The notes under the pieces: model-generated | Seen by the model: only the letters and a program-made list of their open reading frames with translations | What the model was told of the DNA's origin: nothing | Databases searched by the model: none | IMG/VR virus record: IMGVR_UViG_3300030393_000004 | Span: 1-50,097 of that record | Direction: 5' to 3' (one strand) | Origin: a virus | Taxonomy: Duplodnaviria > Caudoviricetes | Length of the DNA: 50,097 nt | Program-made: the position numbers and the translations under genes | Part shown: piece by piece, positions 18,737 through 27,635 of the stretch | How positions within the stretch are numbered: the first letter of the stretch is position 1 | Layout of the letters: each line of letters starts with the position of its first letter

Positions 18737-19363
18737 ATGAAAAGCTTACTAACCGTGGTAATAGTAACGTGCTTAGCGACTGGGTGCAACTCAGAGCAAA
18801 GCGCACCAGCACAACAAAAGATAGTAACAGCGCCAGATACAAAACCGCAAGTCGATCCGCCGGTATTGATGCCAGAGTCAGAAGCACCAGAATCGCCAGT
18901 AGTGGAAGTGCCATCAATTCCACTAGACCCATCAGAACCAATCGCCCCACCAATAATAGAGCCAGAACCCGTGGCAACACTACCCATATTCATCGATGAA
19001 GGCATAACAACTCACGCTCAGAAACCATACAGCGGCACAGTCACGCGTGGTGGTGATGCTTATCTGCGATACAACCAAGACGCGCAATACTTCAATGACT
19101 TTGAGTTACCAGAGTGGAATGTCACATATCGATATGAGCCGTTTTTGGAAGTGTTGATTACCGATGGTGGTGAAACACTTTGCGCTAGATATTCGTGGAA
19201 GTTGAAAGGCTTTGGTTATGCACGACCCGTGTGTTTATGGTCAGATACTCGCGCAGCTGTGCCGCTTGAAGACATGAAAGCCGCATACTACGGATATTCA
19301 GTCGTGGAAACTCGCGTTTGGTTGAGTGGTTTTGTTGAGTTTGGGGTTGGTGTTTCTATGTAG
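18737..19363 (+). CDS. Lipoprotein with Pro/Glu-rich linker
   Basis: Signal peptide with lipobox LATG-C; P/E-rich stalk; globular C-terminal domain. Confidence 0.8.
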   Translation: MKSLLTVVIVTCLATGCNSEQSAPAQQKIVTAPDTKPQVDPPVLMPESEAPESPVVEVPSIPLDPSEPIAPPIIEPEPVATLPIFIDEGITTHAQKPYSGTVTRGGDAYLRYNQDAQYFNDFELPEWNVTYRYEPFLEVLITDGGETLCARYSWKLKGFGYARPVCLWSDTRAAVPLEDMKAAYYGYSVVETRVWLSGFVEFGVGVSM

Positions 19364-19373
19364 CGGAATGAAT

Positions 19374-19395
19374 AAAGCCCCATTACGGGGCTTTT
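19374..19395. terminator. Bidirectional terminator between convergent arms
   Basis: AAAGCCCC/GGGGCTTTT. Confidence 0.85.
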
Positions 19396-19397
19396 GT

Positions 19398-21590
19398 TTA
19401 ATTTAACTCATACCAACCATTAGGGTAGTGAGCGATCACCTGTATGTCTATGTTGTTAGGGTCAACCGATCCAGACGCGTTAGTCCACCGATACTGGAAT
19501 GACGCTGCGCTATTTGGAGAACCACCAGATAGAGATATTACAGACGCCGAAGATCCGTCAAATATAGGTGACACACCCTGGCTTACTCCCCCCAGCCTAA
19601 CTTCCATCCATGTTGGCTTTGATCCGTTGTACGGGAAGTTTATGGCTGAGTTTGGTACAGCTTGAAGAATATTAAACGTCCTTATCTTCGGTGCGTCAAC
19701 AAGCATAAGCTGAGATGATGTAATACTGTTTACATCACCCTGCACATCAACATAAGTACCATCTACAGTCAAATTATCAAGCGTATAGCGACCTGACAAT
19801 TGCATACATATGTTTGACGAGTTCATTACATTAGCCTGAGAGCCAGTCAGCAACTTAAGTGCTCCGTCAGGCTCTGTGCCTCTTTTTACTATGTTTGCAA
19901 TCTGCACCGTTGATTTAAAACTTAAAACTAGCGGCAGAGTTGAGCCTGAAGGTATTTTAATATCCTGCATGTAAAGCCCATCAACATCAGCGGCACAGTT
20001 TGATAAGTTTAATCCGTTCTGAGTTATCTCGGATAACTCCCAGTGCCAATTGTCAATATTTAGATTGAATACTGAGTTTGCAACAATCAAACTCTTCATC
20101 TTACCTTGTCCTGACTCATATGTTCTAATGTTTACCTCACCTATGGAGTTAAGAACGAGTGCGGCATCAGCCTCCGTTGTCTTGCTGCTGAAACCGCCAC
20201 AGTTAGTAATATTTATTGTAGTACCACCACCAGAAAGATCGTTCCTGTCACCATCAACTCTAATCTGAGCTAGGTTATAATTATCGCACCTACAATGCTC
20301 GTAACTCTGCCAGAATGAAACTTGATCTGAATGTATCCCGTAAGTCCCTCCCGTAGTGTGAATATGAGAGAGTTTAGCGTTGTGGTTCTCGTCAGTTAGA
20401 AATATCGCAGGTGCTGTTTGTGCTTGTAAATCATTTTCAAACCGGGCCCAAAACCCCTTCATATGAAAGAAGTCCATACCTGCCGTAAAAGATAACACTG
20501 ATTTTGAATTATCGGACTGCTCGAATACGCACGCCCTCTCAGGTCTATCGCTTGATATTGGTGCGGAGAGGCTTGGAGTTTCCGACATATTGCAAACGTC
20601 TTTATGATTTGGATTGATAAACGTTTTGTTTGTTACAGCTATAGCGCTAGCTGCCTCAAGTCTCAGGTGATTATCTGCATTTTCATTCTTAATGCCTACA
20701 TCAACCGTGCCAACCCCTTTACTCGCATCAACAACCAAAACTGCCGTATTACCGCCGCCTGCATCAATAACGCCGTATCCGTCAGAAATCCCGCCATGAA
20801 CAACCTTAAATCTAGCGCATCCTCTTTCTTCGACCTCAAATACAGAATTAACCGGAAGTAACTGTTTTAATGCGTCTTCAACTAATGCTATTGTTGATAC
20901 CTTATCAGGTTCAGAGACAAGATGCCCCGTCGCCACACTCCCCTGCTCAAACTTCACAGATCCAAGCGGAGTCAACACAGCGCTAACATCCTCAAGCGCA
21001 TCAGTTGTTACAGTAATGCGATACTCATCACCAACCAGAGAAAAAGAAACACCACGTGAGCGAGGCTTGCCGTCGAAGTCGGCCACAGATGCAGTGAGTT
21101 GATCGGAAGTCAAGCGCTCAATACCGCCTGCATTCGGCACAGCAAAATACAAATCACCACCAGACCAAGACACGCGACCATCAATGTAAGTTAAGTTGGT
21201 GATGCCCGTAGTTTCATTGGCAAAAACACCAGAGAATATTTGATAACCAGGCGGGTAACTTGCTGGTGTCGCGCTAGGCAGCGGCTGAGAGTCGTCAGGC
21301 GTTTGAATTAGAAAGTTATGGTTTGATAGCAGGTTTGCGCCATTACCAAGCGAGGCCTTGTAAGCCTTGAATAATTGAGAATCGTCAGGAGTGTCAGGTA
21401 GGCCGTTGTACTTGAAACCGGCGTCATTCATGATCGCCTCATCACGAGCAAGTAACTCGTTACGGTCAATGGCTTTTAACGGAGAGCCGTTATTCGTTGT
21501 TGATGGGTTATTGTCGCGGAATTTACCGCCTTGATAATCCGGATCGACATCGACTGCGCCCGGATACTTTTCGCTAGGTGAGTAAGCCAT
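19398..21590 (-). CDS. Tail fibre/tailspike with putative beta-helix (pectin-lyase-like) domain
   Basis: Last large gene of tail module; PD..DSQL..A baseplate-anchor motif; N/I/G-rich repetitive beta pattern in C-terminal half. Confidence 0.75.
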   Translation of the reverse strand: MAYSPSEKYPGAVDVDPDYQGGKFRDNNPSTTNNGSPLKAIDRNELLARDEAIMNDAGFKYNGLPDTPDDSQLFKAYKASLGNGANLLSNHNFLIQTPDDSQPLPSATPASYPPGYQIFSGVFANETTGITNLTYIDGRVSWSGGDLYFAVPNAGGIERLTSDQLTASVADFDGKPRSRGVSFSLVGDEYRITVTTDALEDVSAVLTPLGSVKFEQGSVATGHLVSEPDKVSTIALVEDALKQLLPVNSVFEVEERGCARFKVVHGGISDGYGVIDAGGGNTAVLVVDASKGVGTVDVGIKNENADNHLRLEAASAIAVTNKTFINPNHKDVCNMSETPSLSAPISSDRPERACVFEQSDNSKSVLSFTAGMDFFHMKGFWARFENDLQAQTAPAIFLTDENHNAKLSHIHTTGGTYGIHSDQVSFWQSYEHCRCDNYNLAQIRVDGDRNDLSGGGTTINITNCGGFSSKTTEADAALVLNSIGEVNIRTYESGQGKMKSLIVANSVFNLNIDNWHWELSEITQNGLNLSNCAADVDGLYMQDIKIPSGSTLPLVLSFKSTVQIANIVKRGTEPDGALKLLTGSQANVMNSSNICMQLSGRYTLDNLTVDGTYVDVQGDVNSITSSQLMLVDAPKIRTFNILQAVPNSAINFPYNGSKPTWMEVRLGGVSQGVSPIFDGSSASVISLSGGSPNSAASFQYRWTNASGSVDPNNIDIQVIAHYPNGWYELN

Positions 21591-21637
21591 TGCTATTCCT
21601 CGTTAGGCCAAGGAATAGCGTTAGCCGTGCGGTGTGG

Positions 21638-21982
21638 CTATTCCGTTGGTTTATCTTCACTAAGTGATATTAAATCACGCGTATTCACATAGTATACATC
21701 AAGCTTGCCTAGAGCGAAAAACTCGACTTTAGCGGTTACGCCGATATCAAACGCGGTTACGTCTTTATCTTGTGGAATAGTGGTGCATGAGTTGTTCACC
21801 TCTGCCAGTTGAACTTCGAGAACTGGCTCGTTAATCAACATGCGTTCGGCATAGTTTAGGGTGGTGAGTGTTTTACATGCGACTGATTTGGCGGCTAGTT
21901 GCATGTTTGGTGCGGCTTGTGCGGATGCAGACAATATGGATGCGATCAATGCTAAGGGTGCGGCTAGTTTGTATTTATCCAT
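21638..21982 (-). CDS. Secreted hypothetical protein
   Basis: Signal peptide ending AQA-A; two Cys; ACAGGAC RBS. Confidence 0.75.
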   Translation of the reverse strand: MDKYKLAAPLALIASILSASAQAAPNMQLAAKSVACKTLTTLNYAERMLINEPVLEVQLAEVNNSCTTIPQDKDVTAFDIGVTAKVEFFALGKLDVYYVNTRDLISLSEDKPTE

Positions 21983-21994
21983 AACTTTGTCCTG

Positions 21995-22369
21995 TTAGTT
22001 AGAAATCTTGGTGTTTATCTCTTTGACATCAACCTCAATCGCCCCAATGCGGGTTGAATTGACGGCTGTATCTTTTCGCATGAAAGCGATTTCCGCGAGT
22101 ATTTCCTTTGATATTTGCCTTTGCTCTTTCTGCCCATCAATAACAATGGCTTGAAACGCGTCTATACGCGCCTCTGCTGAACTTAATCGAGCCTCATAAC
22201 CAGATGCCCTATCAACCAAAGGTTTTCTGTCTCGTAGTGTCTGCGTGTTGGCATTAACTTGTGTTTGTACGCTTCCTGCTGCGTAATTGGCTGTCCCATA
22301 GCCAACAAAGCCCGCTACAAATAGCGATGAGCCCACAGTGACAAGGAATGATTGTAATGAAGATGGCAT
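21995..22369 (-). CDS. Single-TM coiled-coil membrane protein
   Basis: N-terminal TM helix and heptad C-terminus. Confidence 0.7.
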   Translation of the reverse strand: MPSSLQSFLVTVGSSLFVAGFVGYGTANYAAGSVQTQVNANTQTLRDRKPLVDRASGYEARLSSAEARIDAFQAIVIDGQKEQRQISKEILAEIAFMRKDTAVNSTRIGAIEVDVKEINTKISN

Positions 22370-22378
22370 AGCTATAAA

Positions 22379-22420
22379 GCCCTGATTAATTTAGTTAGTT
22401 TCAGTATATCAAATCAGGGC
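22379..22420 (-). promoter_or_regulatory. RBS-occluding hairpin with extended -10 in loop
   Basis: GCCCTGATT/AATCAGGGC inverted repeat; TGA-TATACT at 22411-22403. Confidence 0.65.
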
Positions 22421-22520
22421 GGTTGTTGTTGCTATGTCAGAGCTAAGTAAATACCAATTGCATATTTGCAGGCTAAGCAGGCAAACAGCGTGTATGCGGC
22501 ATAGGTTAGTGTGGTTTTTA

Positions 22521-22619
22521 TTATTTCCACCTCATTATCTCCAAGTAAAGATCTACCCATATCGCAAAAGTAATTGCTGCGGGTATGGCTAGGGCTATGC
22601 GTTGTTGGTTAGTTGTCAT
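22521..22619 (-). CDS. 32-aa TM peptide (not in ORF track)
   Basis: MTTNQQRIALAIPAAITFAIWVDLYLEIMRWK; overlaps upstream stop. Confidence 0.45.
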   Translation of the reverse strand: MTTNQQRIALAIPAAITFAIWVDLYLEIMRWK

Positions 22620-22782
22620 TATCAAAAACATCGTCGTCTTGTGTTTTTCTGCACCAAGTAAAGCTACATCGACTTCCGTTACTCTTGAATCCGTGACAGT
22701 GACCGCGTGGATTTACCCACTTAACGCAATCTGTTGTGCCAAACATCTCGCTACCGCACTCTGGACATTTAAACTCACTCAT
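22609..22782 (-). CDS. 57-aa Cys-rich Zn-finger-like protein (not in ORF track)
   Basis: MSEFKCPECG...HCHG.....RCSFTWC; TGATG coupling, GAGG RBS. Confidence 0.7.
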   Translation of the reverse strand: MSEFKCPECGSEMFGTTDCVKWVNPRGHCHGFKSNGSRCSFTWCRKTQDDDVFDNDN

Positions 22783-23072
22783 CACTCACCCTCGCTTAGG
22801 CGCTTATTCTCTTCATTCAAATCGTGGATTGTTTTAGTTTGCGCTTTAACCAATTCTCTAAATGCATCCAATGATTCGCGTTGCTGCTTGTTTTCTTCGA
22901 TTAGTCGGTCGTGGTTTAACACTGCATGCTCAATAGCTGAATCTTGATCGCCATCTGACTCGTATTTACTACCGTATGAGTACCAAGTTACATCTTGAAC
23001 TTCGAAGCTCTTATTATGGTCAACTTGAAATGCTTCTGGAAACATCTCACTCATCTTAATGTTACTCATCAA
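22782..23072 (-). CDS. Hypothetical protein with C-terminal coiled coil
   Basis: 96-aa ORF coupled to neighbours. Confidence 0.7.
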   Translation of the reverse strand: MMSNIKMSEMFPEAFQVDHNKSFEVQDVTWYSYGSKYESDGDQDSAIEHAVLNHDRLIEENKQQRESLDAFRELVKAQTKTIHDLNEENKRLSEGE

Positions 23073-23260
23073 GCGCCCACCTTCATATAAGCCGTTACTA
23101 GCTCGTTTAATACATCGTCATGCGTAATCTTACGCGCCTTGTCACCGTTAGCGATAAGGTTGGCATGGTTGATCTTCTTAACCAGATATTCGAATCGGTC
23201 TTTGGTTGATTCTTTCACGCCAATCATCACGCGCTTCTCTTGTTTCTTATCGATAGCCAT
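23069..23260 (-). CDS. Ribbon-helix-helix-like small regulator
   Basis: AAGGA RBS, ATG 23260; RVMIGV beta strand, helix, then ITHDDVLNELV helix. Confidence 0.65.
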   Translation of the reverse strand: MAIDKKQEKRVMIGVKESTKDRFEYLVKKINHANLIANGDKARKITHDDVLNELVTAYMKVGA

Positions 23261-23289
23261 TTTGAGTCCTTGTTTTGGTTTGTGTTTAT

Positions 23290-23361
23290 ACACTAACACT
23301 ACATTGCAATGAGTACAAATAAATATATTTAATTGACATCGACCAAAAACAAGCCAATAAT
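23290..23361. promoter_or_regulatory. Divergent promoter pair of an accessory island
   Basis: Minus TTGTAC-N17-TAGTGT; plus TTGACA(23333)-N17-AATAAT. Confidence 0.55.
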
Positions 23362-23390
23362 GAATCATCAAAACGAAACAGGACGTACAA

Positions 23391-23564
23391 ATGAAAAACC
23401 ACCAAATGTGCGAAATCGTCACGCTACGGCGTAAAAACAAAACGCAAGCGGAAAGAGTAGATGAACTTGAGCGAATGCTCGTAAGGGCCGCAAACAAACT
23501 CGAATCCTACGACGGTACGGAGTTTTTTGTAGCTAAGATTAATATGTTTTTGGAGAATAAGTGA
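23391..23564 (+). CDS. 57-aa hypothetical protein (not in ORF track)
   Basis: MKNHQMCEIVTLRRKNK...FLENK; AAACAGGAC RBS. Confidence 0.7.
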   Translation: MKNHQMCEIVTLRRKNKTQAERVDELERMLVRAANKLESYDGTEFFVAKINMFLENK

Positions 23565-23755
23565 TGTTTATAGACTTCAGGGGTCAAACGGTTATTGGTG
23601 CTGACATTCAATTGACCAATGGTTGCGTAATAGCGAATGCTAGACTTATTGATTGCATGATAGATGATGTTGAAAATTCACCTTTTGATAAGCCACCTCT
23701 TCACAATTGCATTCTTGAAAATTGCACAAGAAGGAGTGATTACGATGATAAATAA
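23561..23755 (+). CDS. Small hypothetical protein
   Basis: GGAG RBS, GTGA overlap. Confidence 0.6.
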   Translation: MMFIDFRGQTVIGADIQLTNGCVIANARLIDCMIDDVENSPFDKPPLHNCILENCTRRSDYDDK

Positions 23756-23879
23756 ACTAATAGGCGCAATCTGCACAACAACAGGCGTGTTAGTCATGTT
23801 TCTTGTGTGGTGTTTAATGTTCGGCTTGGTGATGTTTGCACCGGGTTTGGTTTTGTTGGTTGGGGAGTGGTTGAAGTGA
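23745..23879 (+). CDS. Small membrane protein
   Basis: AAGGAG RBS; highly hydrophobic 44 aa. Confidence 0.6.
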   Translation: MINKLIGAICTTTGVLVMFLVWCLMFGLVMFAPGLVLLVGEWLK

Positions 23880-24118
23880 TGGCTGATATTGTATCTTTGT
23901 GCCTAGGTGCTTTTGTTGTATGTTGGACTTATATCGCATTCTCTCTTGGTAGATATAAAACAGAACTATCAAGTTGGCATGAGACTAGAAGACTGGCGTG
24001 TGATAAAACCTGCATGTGCGGAAGTCCGATTGACTCTCACGGATGGTGGGATAACCATGGGCCAGTATCTCAACTAGATTGGCACGATAGCAACTTCGAT
24101 AAGCCAGTGTTTAAATAA
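23879..24118 (+). CDS. TM protein with Cys/His motif
   Basis: TM helix then CMCG....H.....H. Confidence 0.6.
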   Translation: MADIVSLCLGAFVVCWTYIAFSLGRYKTELSSWHETRRLACDKTCMCGSPIDSHGWWDNHGPVSQLDWHDSNFDKPVFK

Positions 24119-24122
24119 AAAC

Positions 24123-24150
24123 AACCCCCTCTACCGCAGAGGGGGTTTTT
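24123..24150. terminator. Bidirectional terminator
   Basis: AACCCCCTCT/AGAGGGGGTT between convergent genes. Confidence 0.85.
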
Positions 24151-24151
24151 G

Positions 24152-24688
24152 TTAACCCGCAGGCGCAATTTTAACTGCAAACATAATTAAGTCAGTTAGA
24201 ATCAAATCACCAGCCGTGTTAGATGATAGTTGCAGGCTAATCTTTTCATTAGCACCGATATTACCAAACACCACAGTTGAGAAACCAATAGCCGGTGATG
24301 AACCACCAAACGAAACACCTACAGGGTAGAATTTAATCCCACCCGTAAACTCTTGACCAGAATCACTAGCAATCTTTATCCCGATAAACGTATCAAGAAA
24401 CGCAGGGTCATCAGCAACAACAGTTCCACTAAAGTCAATTCGATAGTCATGAGGCGTTGCGTCTGCGTGCTCAATCGTAGCTAGTCCAGCAACGCCAGAA
24501 ATGAAATCGTTATCATAACCAGCAACAGGTGCCGCAAGGTCTGTGGTTAACGCAGCGGTTACAAACGCATTAGGATCTGAAGTGACCGCCGTGACTGCTA
24601 AGTCATTATTTGTAACTAGGATATTTGAAGGAGCGCCAGCAAACGGAGTGCTACCTCCTCCGCCCACACCTTTTTGTCCAAATGGCAT
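24152..24688 (-). CDS. Putative virion structural protein (beta-rich)
   Basis: Acidic, G/A/T-rich; end of baseplate operon. Confidence 0.65.
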   Translation of the reverse strand: MPFGQKGVGGGGSTPFAGAPSNILVTNNDLAVTAVTSDPNAFVTAALTTDLAAPVAGYDNDFISGVAGLATIEHADATPHDYRIDFSGTVVADDPAFLDTFIGIKIASDSGQEFTGGIKFYPVGVSFGGSSPAIGFSTVVFGNIGANEKISLQLSSNTAGDLILTDLIMFAVKIAPAG

Positions 24689-24696
24689 AAATCCCC

Positions 24697-24993
24697 CTAA
24701 GCCGACGGCGTTACAGAAAGAAGCTGATCGCCTTTAGCCGACACAGCCCAAATCGTTGTTGCGTCAAAGTACGCTTCTGATTCACCTGATTTCAGGTATA
24801 GACTTGCAGGGTTTGACTTAAATCGGTTGGTTGTCCCTGCAAGAACAGGTTTTGTCGCCGCCTCAACCAAAATGATAGTGCTATCACTAGAACCACTAGC
24901 GCTACCTTGATGCAGCACAGAACCGCTCGCACCTGCATCAGCCAGTTCGATGAAATCATCATCTGGCACTGTAAATTGTATTGCATCTGCCAT
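24697..24993 (-). CDS. Putative virion structural protein
   Basis: TAAGGAG RBS; follows gp48-like gene. Confidence 0.65.
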   Translation of the reverse strand: MADAIQFTVPDDDFIELADAGASGSVLHQGSASGSSDSTIILVEAATKPVLAGTTNRFKSNPASLYLKSGESEAYFDATTIWAVSAKGDQLLSVTPSA

Positions 24994-25020
24994 TGTTAGG
25001 CTCCTTATGTGCGTCTTGTG

Positions 25021-25788
25021 TTAAACGTACTCAACAATCACACCGACCCATTTGTCGGCAGGAAATATTGACAAAATTAACTCTTCAAACTCTGCTTTTC
25101 TTTCTAGCGGGACCGTTGCTTGATTCGGCATGGTTTCACCGGCCACATACACAAACCCACGCCACTTAACTGGATCGGCAGGTATTGGATAGAAATCACC
25201 GCTTTCCGTCTTTCTAAGCGATCCCATAAAGGAATCTTCACCATTCATAAAGGCGTCTTCGCTACCCATAGATAGAGGCGCATAACTCGTCACTGAGGTG
25301 CGATTGACTAGCGGGTAATATGGATCGACCAAGATGTTGTTAGGATTCCACGGTACTGGATACTCAACAATCTGAGCACCCATACGTGCATTTTCACCAC
25401 CCATGAAAGCATCATCACCACCCATGGTTAGATCAAGTATTTGCTCGTCTGGCATCCACCAATCGTGTACGTAAACATCGAAACCATAGCCGCGTAGTAT
25501 CGACTGCAAGTAACCAGGACTTTGACCGCCTGTCATTTTCCATGTTGCTTCAAGTCGGTCGCGGCGTTGCTGTTCGGTTAAGCCAGAAGATGGTAAATAA
25601 AACTGCTCCTCCCATCTAACCAAGTTGTCGGTCACTTGCGGATCGAGCTGCTTGTAGGTGGTATCAAACAAATCACGGTAATACTGCGGATAGCTCAGGC
25701 CCTGATAAAACAGGCGCATAGTCTTAGTGATGATTAGACTGAATGCGCGTGATTGTGGTAGGGCTATTTTCCATAGGTTTATTGGCAT
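25021..25788 (-). CDS. Baseplate wedge protein (Mu gp48/YmfQ-like)
   Basis: L.RWE..F.LP, RRDRL, GGQS..YL...L...GF; follows baseplate J. Confidence 0.8.
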   Translation of the reverse strand: MPINLWKIALPQSRAFSLIITKTMRLFYQGLSYPQYYRDLFDTTYKQLDPQVTDNLVRWEEQFYLPSSGLTEQQRRDRLEATWKMTGGQSPGYLQSILRGYGFDVYVHDWWMPDEQILDLTMGGDDAFMGGENARMGAQIVEYPVPWNPNNILVDPYYPLVNRTSVTSYAPLSMGSEDAFMNGEDSFMGSLRKTESGDFYPIPADPVKWRGFVYVAGETMPNQATVPLERKAEFEELILSIFPADKWVGVIVEYV

Positions 25789-25943
25789 TGCTCACCCTCA
25801 ACCAAGTTTTTTAAGCGGTAAATCAAATTGCGCTTAACGCCAAGCTGACTAGCAATCTCGCAAGGTCGCAACCCCAAACCAAGAAGTCGCTTAGTCTCGG
25901 CTAGTATTCTATTTCGTTTCGCTTCGGCTATTGTCATACTCAT
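25779..25943 (-). CDS. 54-aa HTH protein (not in ORF track)
   Basis: LLGLGLRPCEIASQLGVKRNLIYRL HTH pattern; fills the J-gp48 gap. Confidence 0.7.
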   Translation of the reverse strand: MSMTIAEAKRNRILAETKRLLGLGLRPCEIASQLGVKRNLIYRLKNLVEGEQCQ

Positions 25944-25952
25944 ATTGTTACC

Positions 25953-27146
25953 CTACACAAAAGAAATTGAGACCATCTTGGCCTTTTCACCAGTGCCAAG
26001 TTGATAACTAGGATCGACTGGTGCGCCACTTTGGAAAAGGTAAATACTTGCGCTGATAAACGAGCCGTTGTTTGCACGTACAATATCGTTGATCACACCT
26101 TCAACCGCAATCTTAGAGATTGAGTCTTTACGCGGTGGCACTGACAAGCCAGTGATGAACGGTTCAGCATCTAAGAAGAAATCCGTTAGGCCATCTTCTA
26201 TTTGCTCTTGCACTTGCGCAGGGTTGTTCACGATAAGGCCAGCGACCGCAACGGTAAAGCCCGTTCGCGTAATTGGGTAAACATTCACGAACACACCTGC
26301 AGGTCGTCTTGATGCTTTGCCGTTTTGGTCAAACTCAATGGAGTCTTTTACTTCTTGCAACTGTGTAGGTGTTGGGATTCCATCAGGGTTGCCACTGCTC
26401 GCTGGTGTCGCCTCTGCGTAAACATCCACCTCCATCGGTGCGCCAGTGTATGGGTACACGTTAGAAATGCCGTCCACTTCTTCTCCCCAGATTTGGTAGT
26501 CAATATACGCACCACCTTGCTTGCGACGACGAAACGCTTTTTGCACTCGCTTACGGTAAGACTCTGCGGTTTCTGGCTCTGCACCTGTGACAAGTTGGCC
26601 TGTAACGGTTGCGACTTTACCGACCTGCGCTAACGGGTTAACAAAAGATAATTCAGCACCATTTGCTAAGTTACCGTTTGCACCAACACCGTTATTAAAA
26701 GTTGGATCGTCAGCGGCTTTAACGTTTATCTCAATTGGATTGGTCGTTAAGATATAGGCTTGTGTGGTGATGTACGTAAAACCATTCTGTGAGGATTGCA
26801 ATTGCGTACCAGCATCAAGCGTATCGCCTATTTGCTCAACTACAACGCTAATGGTGTGCTCCGCGCGTTGCCCTGCTTTTCTGCCATCTAAGCCAATAAG
26901 ATTACCCCAAAAGTTTAGCGGGTTCACGGTCACGCCAAGGACTTTAATGTCTTCACTCGAACACGTAGACACGAACCACTGCTTCAGCATGAATGTGGAA
27001 TAGTGCTCAAGCATTACGTAAATAGACGCGGTCGCCTTGGAGTGTGCGCGCATAAACGACTTAGCCAGCAATGGGATCTTCTGGTTTAGCGTCGATTCAA
27101 GTTGCGCGATTATGCTGTCGGAAATTTCTTTGATTGTTCTAGCCAT
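25953..27146 (-). CDS. Baseplate J / Mu gp47-like protein
   Basis: GAEPET.ESYRKR, GG..IDY..W...V.G; ATG 27146. Confidence 0.88.
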   Translation of the reverse strand: MARTIKEISDSIIAQLESTLNQKIPLLAKSFMRAHSKATASIYVMLEHYSTFMLKQWFVSTCSSEDIKVLGVTVNPLNFWGNLIGLDGRKAGQRAEHTISVVVEQIGDTLDAGTQLQSSQNGFTYITTQAYILTTNPIEINVKAADDPTFNNGVGANGNLANGAELSFVNPLAQVGKVATVTGQLVTGAEPETAESYRKRVQKAFRRRKQGGAYIDYQIWGEEVDGISNVYPYTGAPMEVDVYAEATPASSGNPDGIPTPTQLQEVKDSIEFDQNGKASRRPAGVFVNVYPITRTGFTVAVAGLIVNNPAQVQEQIEDGLTDFFLDAEPFITGLSVPPRKDSISKIAVEGVINDIVRANNGSFISASIYLFQSGAPVDPSYQLGTGEKAKMVSISFV

Positions 27147-27546
27147 TGGTTCCCCACTCAACCGGAAGCGTGATATTAGTTGAGCTAGAGTCCTGCTCAA
27201 TCGTTATGCTAATGATAACACGGTTTAAGCCATCTGAAGAAACAGAGGTGTCGATGCTGTTAGCATTACCATTGGTCACAAGCCACTTCAGATCAGCATT
27301 TACCGCTTGCACAAGTAACTGGTAGTTTTTGGAGGATTGAGGTTTGTTTTGTATGATCGCTTCTGTCTGCGAGGACAGTTTTTCGTCATTGGTTTCTGCC
27401 GCTTCGTTTAGGTAGGTATCAACAGGCGAAAACAGCGATAAATACACCGCTGTTTCGAGTCCCTGCGTCATTTGTACGATGCCATCAGTGATTGACATAT
27501 CACTGTCATTAAGCGTCTGAAATAGTAGTACGTCGCCTTCTTGCAT
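27139..27546 (-). CDS. Mu gp46-like baseplate protein
   Basis: GLETAVYLSLF, DLKWLV motifs; synteny. Confidence 0.85.
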   Translation of the reverse strand: MQEGDVLLFQTLNDSDMSITDGIVQMTQGLETAVYLSLFSPVDTYLNEAAETNDEKLSSQTEAIIQNKPQSSKNYQLLVQAVNADLKWLVTNGNANSIDTSVSSDGLNRVIISITIEQDSSSTNITLPVEWGTNG

Positions 27547-27552
27547 TGCGCG

Positions 27553-27591
27553 CCCTTAGTGTTTGAGGTTTTGGTAAGTATACACTAAGGG
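27553..27591 (-). promoter_or_regulatory. RBS-occluding hairpin overlapping a -10 box
   Basis: CCCTTAGTGT/ACACTAAGGG 10-bp inverted repeat; TATACT at 27582-27577. Confidence 0.65.
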
Positions 27592-27602
27592 GTTTGGGTA
27601 TG

Positions 27603-27626
27603 AAAAAGCCCCTGCGGTGAGGGGCT
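27603..27626 (-). terminator. Intrinsic terminator of accessory island
   Basis: AGCCCCT/AGGGGCT plus T5 on minus strand. Confidence 0.8.
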
Positions 27627-27635
27627 GGTTGGTGG

